The notes under the pieces were generated by a model. That model ran no database searches. It saw only the letters and a list, made by a program, of their open reading frames with translations, and was not told the origin of the DNA. Made by a program: the position numbers and the translations under genes. 64,000 nucleotides of DNA, taken from NCBI GenBank assembly GCA_963666285.1, contig OY762711.1; one strand, given 5' to 3'. This document shows positions 31,186-40,195 of the stretch, piece by piece. The stretch is from Sedimentisphaerales bacterium (GTDB lineage: Bacteria; Planctomycetota; Phycisphaerae; Sedimentisphaerales; SM23-30). How positions within the stretch are numbered: the first letter of the stretch is position 1; every line of letters begins with the position of its first letter.

Positions 31186-34158
31186 ATGAAAAAAAGTCTC
31201 TGGACTAAATTTGCAGGTATTTGTATATTTGCAGCTTTGATCTCTGTTTCCTGCGTAAGTACTTTGTTCGCAGGGGATTATCCACTAGCTGAAAAGGTAG
31301 ATCCATTTATTGGGACAGGTGCCCATGGTCATACCTATCCAGGAGTATCATTGCCGTTCGGTATGGTTCAGCTTAGCCCTGATACAAAAACTCAGGGTTG
31401 GGACTGGTGTTCCGGTTACCATTACAGCAGTAAGACAATAATGGGCTTTAGTCATACCCATCTGGATGGTACAGGCTGTGCAGATCTTGGTGATTTTCTG
31501 TTTATGCCTACAATTGGCAAGATCCAGTTTGAACCAGGCTCCGAAAATCAAACATCCAGTGGATATCGCTCTTCTTTCAGCCACGATCAGGAAAAAGCCA
31601 TGGCGGGCTATTATGCCGTAAAGCTACTGGACTATGATATTGATGTAGAGCTAACAGCAACTCCGCGTGTTGGTGTTCATAGATATATTTACCCTAAGAG
31701 TAAGGAAGCAAATGTAATTATTGACCTTACACATCATATTGGCGGTTCAAATATCCGTGAGAGCAAGGCTGAGATTGTTGGAAAAGATGAAATTCGCGGT
31801 TATGTACGTAAAAGCGGCTGGTCGCCAGACCGATTTATGTATTTTGTAGCGAAATTTTCCCGTCCGTTCGAGGAAAGTGGTTTATTTGCTGATGGTAAGG
31901 CTCTTGACAGCTCTGTGACTAGCAGTGATGCCCGCAGGATTCAGTGTTATGCTCGTTTTGATACTACATCTAATAAGGAACTGATTGTAAAGGTTGGTAT
32001 TTCAGCAGTAAGCTGGGATGGAGCCGCGTTAAACCTGGAGAAAGAATGTCCCGGCTGGGATTTCGATGCTGTTTGTGATAAAGCCAAGTCAAGCTGGCAG
32101 AAGCAGCTGTCTCATATCAGTATAGATGGAGGTTCTATTGCGGATGAGACAGTGTTTTATACCGCGTTTTATCGCTGTAACCTGACACCAAACCTGTTTA
32201 TGGATGTTGACGGCAAATATCGCGGCACAGATAAGAAAATCCACCAGGCAGATAAATACGACAATTACTCGATATTTTCTCTTTGGGATACTTTCCGTGC
32301 CGAAGCCCCGTTATTTACCATTGTTGATCCCAAACGTCACAATGATTTTGTAAACTCTATGCTGGGCAAATACCAGCAGAGTGGTTTGCTGCCGTACTGG
32401 GAACTGCATTCCGGTGAAACATGGTGTATGATCGGTTATCATTCTATCCCGGTAATCGCAGATGCCTGGATGAAGGGTATTCGTGATTTTGATGTTAACC
32501 TGGCTCTCAAGGCGATGGAGAATTCAGCCATGCAGGATCACCAGGGCCTTAAAGAATACAAGCAGCTGGGTTATTGTGCTTCAGATAAGCCGGGTGCCTG
32601 CTGTTCGAGGACAGTTGAGTATGCTTATGATGACTGGTGTATCGGCCAGGTAGCAAAATCTATTGGTAAGATGGAAGATTATGAATACTATAATAAGCGT
32701 TCCCAGTTCTATAAGAACCTGTTTGACCGTTCTATCGGTTTCAACCGCCCTAAGGACTCGAACGGTGTCTGGCAATCGGAATTCGATCCGGACCAGAATA
32801 CATTCCAGGGTGCTCATGGCTATACAGAAGGTAATTCATGGCATTTCACGTTCTTTGCACCTCATGATGTTTACGGTTTAATAGAATTACTGGGTGGAGA
32901 TAAGAAGTTTGTTAATAAGCTTGACGAGTTGTTTACCCGTCCGGGTGAAGAGCATGTAGATATTTCCGGTCTTATCGGTCAGTATGCCCATGGTAACGAA
33001 CCTTGTCATAATTATGCCTACCTGTTTACTTATGCCGGGCAGGGCTGGAAGACTCAGGAAAGGGTAGCAGAAATATGCTCTACTCTGTATACGAACAAGC
33101 CTGACGGTTTATGCGGAAATAATGACTGCGGCCAGATGTCGGCATGGTATGTATTTAGTGCTATGGGTTTTTACCCGGTATGTCCGGCCCAGCCAATGTA
33201 TGTTTTTGGTTCACCACGTTTTCCACAGGCGACAATCAATCTATCCAATGGAAAAAGCTTTAATGTAATGGCTAAAAATGTATCAAAGAAGAATATTTAT
33301 ATTCAATCTGTAACCCTGAATGGTAAGCCTTATGCCAAATCATATATCAACCATTCTGATATTCTGGATGGCGGTGAACTGGTATTTAAGATGGGTTCCA
33401 AGCCAAATATGCGATGGGCCGCAGCAGAGCAGGATCGTCCTCTGGATGTTTCCGGCAAAGCTCTGGCAATGATGCCTTATGCGAAGACTGATACTCTCAT
33501 TTTTTCAGATAGTTTCAGCTTTGAGATAGGTTGTTTCGATAGTGATAAAGTTTATTATACTACTGACGGTTCAGAGCCGACAGAATCTTCCAGCTTGTAT
33601 ACTAAGCCACTGAAGTTGACAGATACTACTACTATTAAAGCAAAGGCATTCAAGAAGGACTGTCTGCCTAGTATGACAATGGTAACTACAGTAACCAAGC
33701 TGGTGCCAAAGGCAGCCAAAGATATTACAGATGTGGTAAATGGTCTGAACTATTCAGCTTATCAGGGCAGATTTAGAGGTGTTGGCCGCATCGAATCAGC
33801 AACTCCGGTTAAAAGTGGTGATTGCAATAATATTGGTGTTGATGTGACTGATATGAAGGATAATTTTGCTCTAAAATTCACCGGATATTATAAAGCCCCG
33901 GAAGACGGATTGTATGAATTTACTACGACTTCTGACGATGGCAGTTGTCTTTATATAGATTCAGAGATGGTTGTCGATAATGATGGTGATCATGGGTCAC
34001 AGTTGAAACTCGGTCAGGTTGTACTTAAAGCCGGTATGCATGAAATCAAGGTTTTATATTACGAGGGCAGTGTTGATGAGAAGTTGGAAGTGACAGTGAA
34101 AACTCCATCCGGCAAACAGCAGCCAATTCCTAGTAAATCGCTATTTAGGAAAAAGTAA
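31186..34158 (+). CDS. GH92 alpha-1,2-mannosidase with FN3 and PA14 domains
   Basis: VDPFIGT..HGHTYPG...PFGMVQLSPD, FSLWDTFRA, GQYAHGNEP, GNNDCGQMSAW; SDDGS.L.ID..VVDNDG.H. Confidence 0.93.
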   Translation: MKKSLWTKFAGICIFAALISVSCVSTLFAGDYPLAEKVDPFIGTGAHGHTYPGVSLPFGMVQLSPDTKTQGWDWCSGYHYSSKTIMGFSHTHLDGTGCADLGDFLFMPTIGKIQFEPGSENQTSSGYRSSFSHDQEKAMAGYYAVKLLDYDIDVELTATPRVGVHRYIYPKSKEANVIIDLTHHIGGSNIRESKAEIVGKDEIRGYVRKSGWSPDRFMYFVAKFSRPFEESGLFADGKALDSSVTSSDARRIQCYARFDTTSNKELIVKVGISAVSWDGAALNLEKECPGWDFDAVCDKAKSSWQKQLSHISIDGGSIADETVFYTAFYRCNLTPNLFMDVDGKYRGTDKKIHQADKYDNYSIFSLWDTFRAEAPLFTIVDPKRHNDFVNSMLGKYQQSGLLPYWELHSGETWCMIGYHSIPVIADAWMKGIRDFDVNLALKAMENSAMQDHQGLKEYKQLGYCASDKPGACCSRTVEYAYDDWCIGQVAKSIGKMEDYEYYNKRSQFYKNLFDRSIGFNRPKDSNGVWQSEFDPDQNTFQGAHGYTEGNSWHFTFFAPHDVYGLIELLGGDKKFVNKLDELFTRPGEEHVDISGLIGQYAHGNEPCHNYAYLFTYAGQGWKTQERVAEICSTLYTNKPDGLCGNNDCGQMSAWYVFSAMGFYPVCPAQPMYVFGSPRFPQATINLSNGKSFNVMAKNVSKKNIYIQSVTLNGKPYAKSYINHSDILDGGELVFKMGSKPNMRWAAAEQDRPLDVSGKALAMMPYAKTDTLIFSDSFSFEIGCFDSDKVYYTTDGSEPTESSSLYTKPLKLTDTTTIKAKAFKKDCLPSMTMVTTVTKLVPKAAKDITDVVNGLNYSAYQGRFRGVGRIESATPVKSGDCNNIGVDVTDMKDNFALKFTGYYKAPEDGLYEFTTTSDDGSCLYIDSEMVVDNDGDHGSQLKLGQVVLKAGMHEIKVLYYEGSVDEKLEVTVKTPSGKQQPIPSKSLFRKK

Positions 34159-34189
34159 TTGTTTGTCTTTTTAGCACAAATTAAACATT

Positions 34190-34228
34190 AAAAAAAAGAC
34201 CTGCCCAGAGATGAGCAGGTCTTTTTTT
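34190..34228. terminator. Bidirectional intrinsic terminator between convergent genes
   Basis: A8-GACCTGC...GCAGGTC-T7. Confidence 0.8.
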
Positions 34229-34257
34229 GTTATATTTTATTTTGTTGCAAGTGTTTA

Positions 34258-36762
34258 TTAGTTTTGGTTAGTAAAGACATTATATGCATTGTCTTTAATT
34301 TCTTTACCGGTCAGAGTGTAAGTTTTGGTTGTGTCAAAACCGTTGTGTCTTCCAGAGAGTAAAACAATGTCATTTGTGTTATCTTTTAGTATGTAAATAA
34401 ACGGATATTCCTGGGAAAGTGTAACATCGAATAGATATTCTGTATCATCATCCAAGTCATCATTTACTTCTTCTAAAGATTCCTGGGAAGGAATGTTTTC
34501 ATAATATGAATACAAGCCATAGTATTCCTTATAAAATTTATGTTCGACTGTTGCGGTAGTAGAATAATAAGAAGATATATTCAGATCACCTGAGATGCCG
34601 GTGTTTTTGATATTGAAAGAAACTGAAAATGTTGTGTTACTTTCGCTGTCGCCGTATTCTACACTGGAATTATCGATACCCTGCAGGTCAACTCCGACTA
34701 TGAGTTTTTTCAAATCATCATCGGAGTAACCGCTGTTGATTGCCAGTGCAGGGATGTCAAATGCAACTTGTTCGGGTTGAGCCTGATCGAGCCAGTCAGG
34801 CAGCTGTGTAATGTTTTCAGCAATTGTGTCAAGGGTCGAACTGTTTTGCGGGAAGATAAGCAGCAGGCTGTGGCTGCCTTCATTAAGCGGGATTTCACAC
34901 AGGATTTTATCGTTATCTTCCAGGTAATTATACTGACCATTGAAAGACAGTTTTTCAATAGAATCCAAGAGAAACTCAGTGTCTGCTTCTATCAGGTTGG
35001 CAGCAGAGCTCAGATAGTAGCTGCTTACCTCGTTAAATATTTCATCTTGAGGAGTTATTTCCTTTACGCTAAGTTCTACTTCTTCTGTCAGGTTTTCAAC
35101 CGTTTGATCCCAGGTTAGTTCTGAGATTGCCAGACTGCTTTTGGCTCGTGTACTGACATAGTAAGTATCTTGTTCATCGCCGTAGGTTACGTCACCGCTG
35201 AATGTCTGGTAGGCGTAAAACGAAACAAGTTCTCCGAGTTTTTCATCAATACTGTCCCAAAGGTTGTCTAGCTTGTCATTCTGGCCGATAATTGAGTTCA
35301 TAGCGTCAGTAAGCAGACTTGAAAAGACAAATTCAGAACCAGCTTCTTCGTTAGCCTTAGCCAATGTGCTGATACTGCTATCGTCGAGCATGATTTCTGT
35401 CAAAGGGGTAGTGTCTTCTATGGATATTTCTGTTTTCAGGAAAGGATTTTCTTTTTCCTGCAATGAGGCAGATTGCTCATAATCTTCCATGTTTAAGGTA
35501 AATGAAAGTAAATCGTCGCTGTTGACAGCGAAAATTGTCTCTGAGTTGTTGTCACCTAAAAAAAGATCTGCTGTAATTTTAAACCGGCATTTGTCAAAGT
35601 CAATTTCCGCTTCTGAAATGATCAACTCAAAGGGTTTATTACCAACCAGGTTAAGAGAAGTCAGATTGTATGCCAGGTTGGTGTTATAAGTGTATTTTGA
35701 GGTATTGCCTTTTTGAACAAAGTTATTCATCCAGACAGTGTCAGATAGCGACCCCAGGGAAATTCCGATTGAATTAGTATCATTCACACCAGAAATATTT
35801 TTAGAAGTAAATGTGCCTGAGATTACAGCACGTTTAACTGCGGTTTTGTATGGAGATTTGCGGTATTTTACAGACTTGAGATCCAGGTAGTCGGCATTGC
35901 CTTTGAGTAGGCTTAGAGGTACATCGCCGGTTATTCCGGCGGTACTTGCGATTGCCTGGTCGCTGAAATAAATTTCCGTTTTATAATCGTCATCAGTTTT
36001 GTTGTCAAGGTGCAGTCCTTTGGCCTTGATCTGGAAGGTGCCGTCGATGAAGTTGAACCGGGCTTCACAGTTGTTATCTTTAGCGATCATCTTAGAAGAT
36101 GATGACTTGACCTGAATTATTCTGCCTGTATCGTCATCAATAGATTTAGCTGTTCGGTAGTCATTTAGCGGCATTACCCATTCGTATCCACAGAAGTAGA
36201 TTGAAACATATTCAGAGTGTAAGAGTTTGCTGCATTCCAGATCGAATTTGCCTTTAATCAGTACCGAATCATTGTTTTGCTTACTTGAGTCTTTTACTTT
36301 GTAATAAATGTTGTTTATTGTCTTTTCCTGAATTGAAGAAGACGGCATTGGCAGACCGTTGCCTGTTTGAAATTCTCCGTTTGATACTGTTTCATATTCT
36401 TCAATGAGTTTAACAGTTTTGCCTTTAATCCAGAATGTACTGACATAAATCAGGCTGTTGTCGCTATTGGTATTGCTGGAATAGACGGTATAGAAAGGAG
36501 GCTTAACATAAATAACAGAGCCGTAAAAAAGATTTTCATATTTTTGATGCAGGGCAGCAATATCATTGTCGATAGTTTCCTGAAGCTTATCATCAATTGT
36601 CCCTTCGGGAAGATTTGTGGTTACGTACTGTTGAAATCCGGGAGTTGAGTTTTCCTCAGCCCAAACGGCAAAGTTAAGTATCAATAATATAGCAGTTAGA
36701 GATAAAAAGATATTTCTCATGATAATGTCCGTCCTTTTCCAAGCTAAATCCTTGTTTTCCAT
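34258..36762 (-). CDS. Secreted hypothetical protein with a divergent C-terminal serpin-like domain (start probably 36720)
   Basis: Signal peptide; ILCEIPLNEGSHSLLLIFP, V.FDIP, YPFIYILKDNTNDIVLLSGR resemble serpin strands. Confidence 0.6.
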   Translation of the reverse strand: MENKDLAWKRTDIIMRNIFLSLTAILLILNFAVWAEENSTPGFQQYVTTNLPEGTIDDKLQETIDNDIAALHQKYENLFYGSVIYVKPPFYTVYSSNTNSDNSLIYVSTFWIKGKTVKLIEEYETVSNGEFQTGNGLPMPSSSIQEKTINNIYYKVKDSSKQNNDSVLIKGKFDLECSKLLHSEYVSIYFCGYEWVMPLNDYRTAKSIDDDTGRIIQVKSSSSKMIAKDNNCEARFNFIDGTFQIKAKGLHLDNKTDDDYKTEIYFSDQAIASTAGITGDVPLSLLKGNADYLDLKSVKYRKSPYKTAVKRAVISGTFTSKNISGVNDTNSIGISLGSLSDTVWMNNFVQKGNTSKYTYNTNLAYNLTSLNLVGNKPFELIISEAEIDFDKCRFKITADLFLGDNNSETIFAVNSDDLLSFTLNMEDYEQSASLQEKENPFLKTEISIEDTTPLTEIMLDDSSISTLAKANEEAGSEFVFSSLLTDAMNSIIGQNDKLDNLWDSIDEKLGELVSFYAYQTFSGDVTYGDEQDTYYVSTRAKSSLAISELTWDQTVENLTEEVELSVKEITPQDEIFNEVSSYYLSSAANLIEADTEFLLDSIEKLSFNGQYNYLEDNDKILCEIPLNEGSHSLLLIFPQNSSTLDTIAENITQLPDWLDQAQPEQVAFDIPALAINSGYSDDDLKKLIVGVDLQGIDNSSVEYGDSESNTTFSVSFNIKNTGISGDLNISSYYSTTATVEHKFYKEYYGLYSYYENIPSQESLEEVNDDLDDDTEYLFDVTLSQEYPFIYILKDNTNDIVLLSGRHNGFDTTKTYTLTGKEIKDNAYNVFTNQN

Positions 36763-36862
36763 AGTTTTTCCAGCACTTAACTGTAGCAGTATGGTGAAAA
36801 ATTATCAAGCAAATAACCTTTAATTAGAAAAATGAAGAATATTGAGAATATGAAATATATAC

Positions 36863-36894
36863 AAAAAAACCTGTCCATTTCTGAACAGGTTTTT
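36863..36894 (-). terminator. Terminator downstream of the tRNA-Leu 3' end
   Basis: AAAAAAACCTGT...ACAGGTTTTT. Confidence 0.7.
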
Positions 36895-36901
36895 GTTTTA
36901 A

Positions 36902-36956
36902 TACGGGCGAAAGGAGTCGAACCTTCACATCTCTCGATACCAGAACCTAAATCTGG
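36902..36956 (-). tRNA. 3' fragment of tRNA-Leu(TAG); prophage att junction, not a complete tRNA
   Basis: Reverse complement CCAGATTTAGGTTCTGG-TATCGAGAGATGT-GAAGGTTCGACTCCTTT-CGCCCGTA gives anticodon arm, long variable arm and T arm; D arm and 5' acceptor strand absent. Confidence 0.88.
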
Positions 36957-37012
36957 ACATTACGTATCATATCTAATTAAAAACAAATGAGTTATATAAT
37001 ACACATTTCTAG

Positions 37013-37033
37013 TATGACGACAAATATGACGAC
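37013..37033 (+). promoter_or_regulatory. Putative integrase arm-type binding sites
   Basis: Direct repeat TATGACGAC x2 between att and the integrase. Confidence 0.55.
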
Positions 37034-37130
37034 TTTTTTCTTGACCTTTCGCCTATTACTTATTAACATTTTCTATATGCCGTTAGTTAAGCTAATTTCA
37101 GACAAAACAAGAAAGTGGAAATAATCAAAT

Positions 37131-38303
37131 ATGGCTACAGTATATCAACAAAACAATTCACCGTATTGGTCGTACCGATTTTCTTTCAATGGTAAAGAAT
37201 ATCGCAAAACTACAAAAACTACAAAACGCGCAGAAGCAGTAAGGATCATGAAAGACCTTATTGCCGAACTAAAAGGCTCCAGCAAACCAGACGAACTATT
37301 TCAGCGGCTGGTTGACCTACTTTTGGAATTAGACAAAAACGAGCGAAACAGGCTTAAAAACGACTATATAAGCAAACTAAGGTCACTTTCCGCTGCCCAA
37401 ATCACTCTTGAACAAGCTTGGAAAATGTACATAGAATTACCAAAAAAACACTCCCAATCAAAAAGAACTATTCAAGATTATGAATCTATGTGGAATAAGC
37501 TTAAAATATGGGCAAAAGACAACAGTATAAAATACCTACACGACATAGACGACCAGACCGCTATTAAATTCACGACAAAGCTACACAAGGACAAATTAAG
37601 CCCTCGCAGGTACAATCTATACCTAACTTTTTTTACGCACTTATACAAGCTTCTAGCCGTTCCTGTTGGCCTAACAGAAAACCCCTGGCAGTCAATAGAC
37701 CGAATGGAACTAAATACAATTAGCAAAAAACCACTTTCACAAGACCAACTGCAAAAACTATTTAATACCGCTAAAGGTGAATTTTTGATTCTGTTTTACT
37801 TGGGGTGCTATACCGCATTACGACTTGGCGATTGCTGCCAGTTAAAATGGTCACTTATAGATTTTAGCGATGATTGCCTAACTATAATGCCAAGTAAAAC
37901 AAAAAAGAAAGGCAAAGAAATTATTATCCCCCTCAACCAACACCTGCTTAAAATATTAACTGACTTAAAAGATAATAATAACAAATCTGACTACATATTA
38001 CCCAATCTTGCTGAAAAATATCAAACTGGCAGACAAAATGTAGTTAGGTCAATTCAAAAAATATTTAGAGATGCCGGAATTGAAACACAAGTTAAAAGAG
38101 AAGAAACTGGACGTTCTCAAGCAGTTTTTGGCTTCCATAGCTTCCGTCACAGCTTTGTAACCCTTTTGTCAAACGAAAACATCCCCAGACACGTTGTGAT
38201 GGATATGGTCGGCCACAGCACAACAGTAGTCCACCAGGTATATCAGCACGTTGAAACAAGCCAGAAAAAGCAAGCTATTAAGAAACTACCTAAAATCGTA
38301 TAA
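37131..38303 (+). CDS. Tyrosine recombinase / phage integrase
   Basis: YTALRLGD (R), K, FHSFRHSF (HxxR), VGHS (H), VYQH (Y); N-terminal arm-binding beta domain. Confidence 0.95.
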   Translation: MATVYQQNNSPYWSYRFSFNGKEYRKTTKTTKRAEAVRIMKDLIAELKGSSKPDELFQRLVDLLLELDKNERNRLKNDYISKLRSLSAAQITLEQAWKMYIELPKKHSQSKRTIQDYESMWNKLKIWAKDNSIKYLHDIDDQTAIKFTTKLHKDKLSPRRYNLYLTFFTHLYKLLAVPVGLTENPWQSIDRMELNTISKKPLSQDQLQKLFNTAKGEFLILFYLGCYTALRLGDCCQLKWSLIDFSDDCLTIMPSKTKKKGKEIIIPLNQHLLKILTDLKDNNNKSDYILPNLAEKYQTGRQNVVRSIQKIFRDAGIETQVKREETGRSQAVFGFHSFRHSFVTLLSNENIPRHVVMDMVGHSTTVVHQVYQHVETSQKKQAIKKLPKIV

Positions 38304-38406
38304 CCCGTTCACATAAAGACCACCATTTCAATTTAATACAAATCTAACATCTATACATAAAATATCCTTATTAAAATAGGTAAGTTTTTGTATAGAAAGG
38401 TATTAA

Positions 38407-38598
38407 ATGCAGAAAAGACAGGTTAAACAAATGTATTGCCCTGAATGTCAGACAAATAAGAAATTTGAAAGACATGTTACCATTCTCGGTTCAGGTGATT
38501 TTCTATTTATCTTCCTTACTGGCGGATTATGGTGGGTTTTAAGATTGATTTTACGACCTAGTTACAGGTGTTTTGAATGTGGCAGTAAGCCCAAATAA
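38407..38598 (+). CDS. Small zinc-ribbon membrane protein (LITAF-like pattern)
   Basis: CPEC...hydrophobic stretch LFIFLTGGLWW...CFECG. Confidence 0.65.
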   Translation: MQKRQVKQMYCPECQTNKKFERHVTILGSGDFLFIFLTGGLWWVLRLILRPSYRCFECGSKPK

Positions 38599-38647
38599 CA
38601 GCACTTTATATAATAAGCACAATAACAACTTTTTCAGGAGTAAACAA

Positions 38648-38809
38648 ATGACTCAAAGTAAAGAAGAAATGATGAAAAACCTAAACCAAGAAATCCAAAG
38701 ACTTAAATCCATATTCAATGAACTAAGTAAAAATGGATATGACACTAGCGAAGTAGAATTAACCATGCTAGAGCTTAGAAGAAAAATCAATGAATTATTT
38801 GATAAGTAA
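38648..38809 (+). CDS. Small coiled-coil hypothetical protein
   Basis: AGGAG RBS before ATG 38648 (MTQSKEEM...). Confidence 0.55.
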   Translation: MTQSKEEMMKNLNQEIQRLKSIFNELSKNGYDTSEVELTMLELRRKINELFDK

Positions 38810-38856
38810 GCCGACACTATAGTATAACCCTATCAACTATCTATCTCAAAACATCA

Positions 38857-39066
38857 TTATAGCCGGGCCAAATACTGCACCCCCGCAAGTATCAGCCCGG
38901 CTATAATAACCGCAAGCATACCGGCGATCCAGCCGCCTATCCGCTTCAACCACATCAAATCATTTTTAATTTGGGTAACATCCTGTTTCAGACCTGGCCG
39001 ACCGTTGCCGTACAGGTCATGTTCAATATTTGTTACCCTTTTTTCTTGTACACAGTTATCACACAT
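38857..39066 (-). CDS. Holin/XhlA-like small membrane protein
   Basis: LYGNGRPGL coiled segment and a single C-terminal TM helix; end of the late operon. Confidence 0.55.
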   Translation of the reverse strand: MCDNCVQEKRVTNIEHDLYGNGRPGLKQDVTQIKNDLMWLKRIGGWIAGMLAVIIAGLILAGVQYLARL

Positions 39067-39076
39067 ACAGCACCTT

Positions 39077-40195
39077 TTAGAATTTATTAAGCGGGCAAGC
39101 GTTATCCTGCTTGATCCAGTTATCCAAATTTGTTGTCCTGGTTAAATACAGGCACATATCACCACTCTCTACATAATACTTACACTCAGTACACATTTTC
39201 TTTTTACGGCAAAAGCTGCTATCTTCAGATTGCAATTCTGCTTTATTTTCCAATGGACAGGCGTTACCATTTTTCAGCCATTCAATCAAGTTCTTTTGCC
39301 TGGTTAACCATAAACAATATGGTGAACAGCCATTACATTTATTCCTGTAATACTCACAAGAATAGCATTTCTGCAAAGCTTTGATACTGTCTCTATACTC
39401 AGCCTGCAAATCCAATATATGACTTACAACTTCCTCGCCATAGACTTTTTTAATACGTTCAATTTCATCAATGATAAACCTGGTATCAGCATTGTATTCA
39501 TACAAAAATTCAACCATAGCAATAAAGCCATCAGCATAGTATGTATTATTTGATGAAACGATATTAAACTCATCACTATTAACAATTGATGGTTCAAATA
39601 ACTCACTTGTATAAACTTCCCTCTTGTCAGGATTCATCATCATAAAAAAGCTTTTATGTTTATCAAAACAAAAGAAGCAGTCAACCGTAATATTGTTTAC
39701 GGTTTTAGGTATCTTTGACATTATCTCGTCATACTTCTGACCAAACAATTTTTCATTCTTAACCTCAAGTAAAATATCCATATCTTTCAATGGTGCATCA
39801 ACAATCATTAAGGAGCCTGTTATAAGTATTCCGCTTAAACAATCATTAAACTCATCTAAAATTGGCTGAAAACTTTCTTTTATCAGTTCCCACATTTTCG
39901 GCACTGCAATTTCAAATGTACCAAAATATTTCTTGAGTATCTTTTCAATAAACAGCGAATTAAGAAACGGCATCGATTTACCAAACATCTTTTTAAATAC
40001 GACTTTTGGTTCATTACCGTCACATTCTTTATTGCATGGGCCGCCTTTAGCAGCACATAAGAACTTACAAAACACTTCATTTACCCAACAGGCTCTACCT
40101 GTCCGCTTAGAGCCATATAAACAAATATCACCTACCCTATGGAAACATTCTGGATATTCATGTACAAGATTCTTTTTTTCTAATACTACAACCAT
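39077..40195 (-). CDS. Cys-rich protein with a central Pol-beta-like nucleotidyltransferase motif
   Basis: ILITGSL......KDMDILL...VDCF; two C-terminal CxxC..Y....C..L....NL..W.K..NACPL repeats. Confidence 0.6.
   Translation of the reverse strand: MVVVLEKKNLVHEYPECFHRVGDICLYGSKRTGRACWVNEVFCKFLCAAKGGPCNKECDGNEPKVVFKKMFGKSMPFLNSLFIEKILKKYFGTFEIAVPKMWELIKESFQPILDEFNDCLSGILITGSLMIVDAPLKDMDILLEVKNEKLFGQKYDEIMSKIPKTVNNITVDCFFCFDKHKSFFMMMNPDKREVYTSELFEPSIVNSDEFNIVSSNNTYYADGFIAMVEFLYEYNADTRFIIDEIERIKKVYGEEVVSHILDLQAEYRDSIKALQKCYSCEYYRNKCNGCSPYCLWLTRQKNLIEWLKNGNACPLENKAELQSEDSSFCRKKKMCTECKYYVESGDMCLYLTRTTNLDNWIKQDNACPLNKF

Noticed and set aside
36902..36990. Complete tRNA-Leu gene
   Set aside because: D arm and 5' acceptor strand are missing; only the att fragment is present
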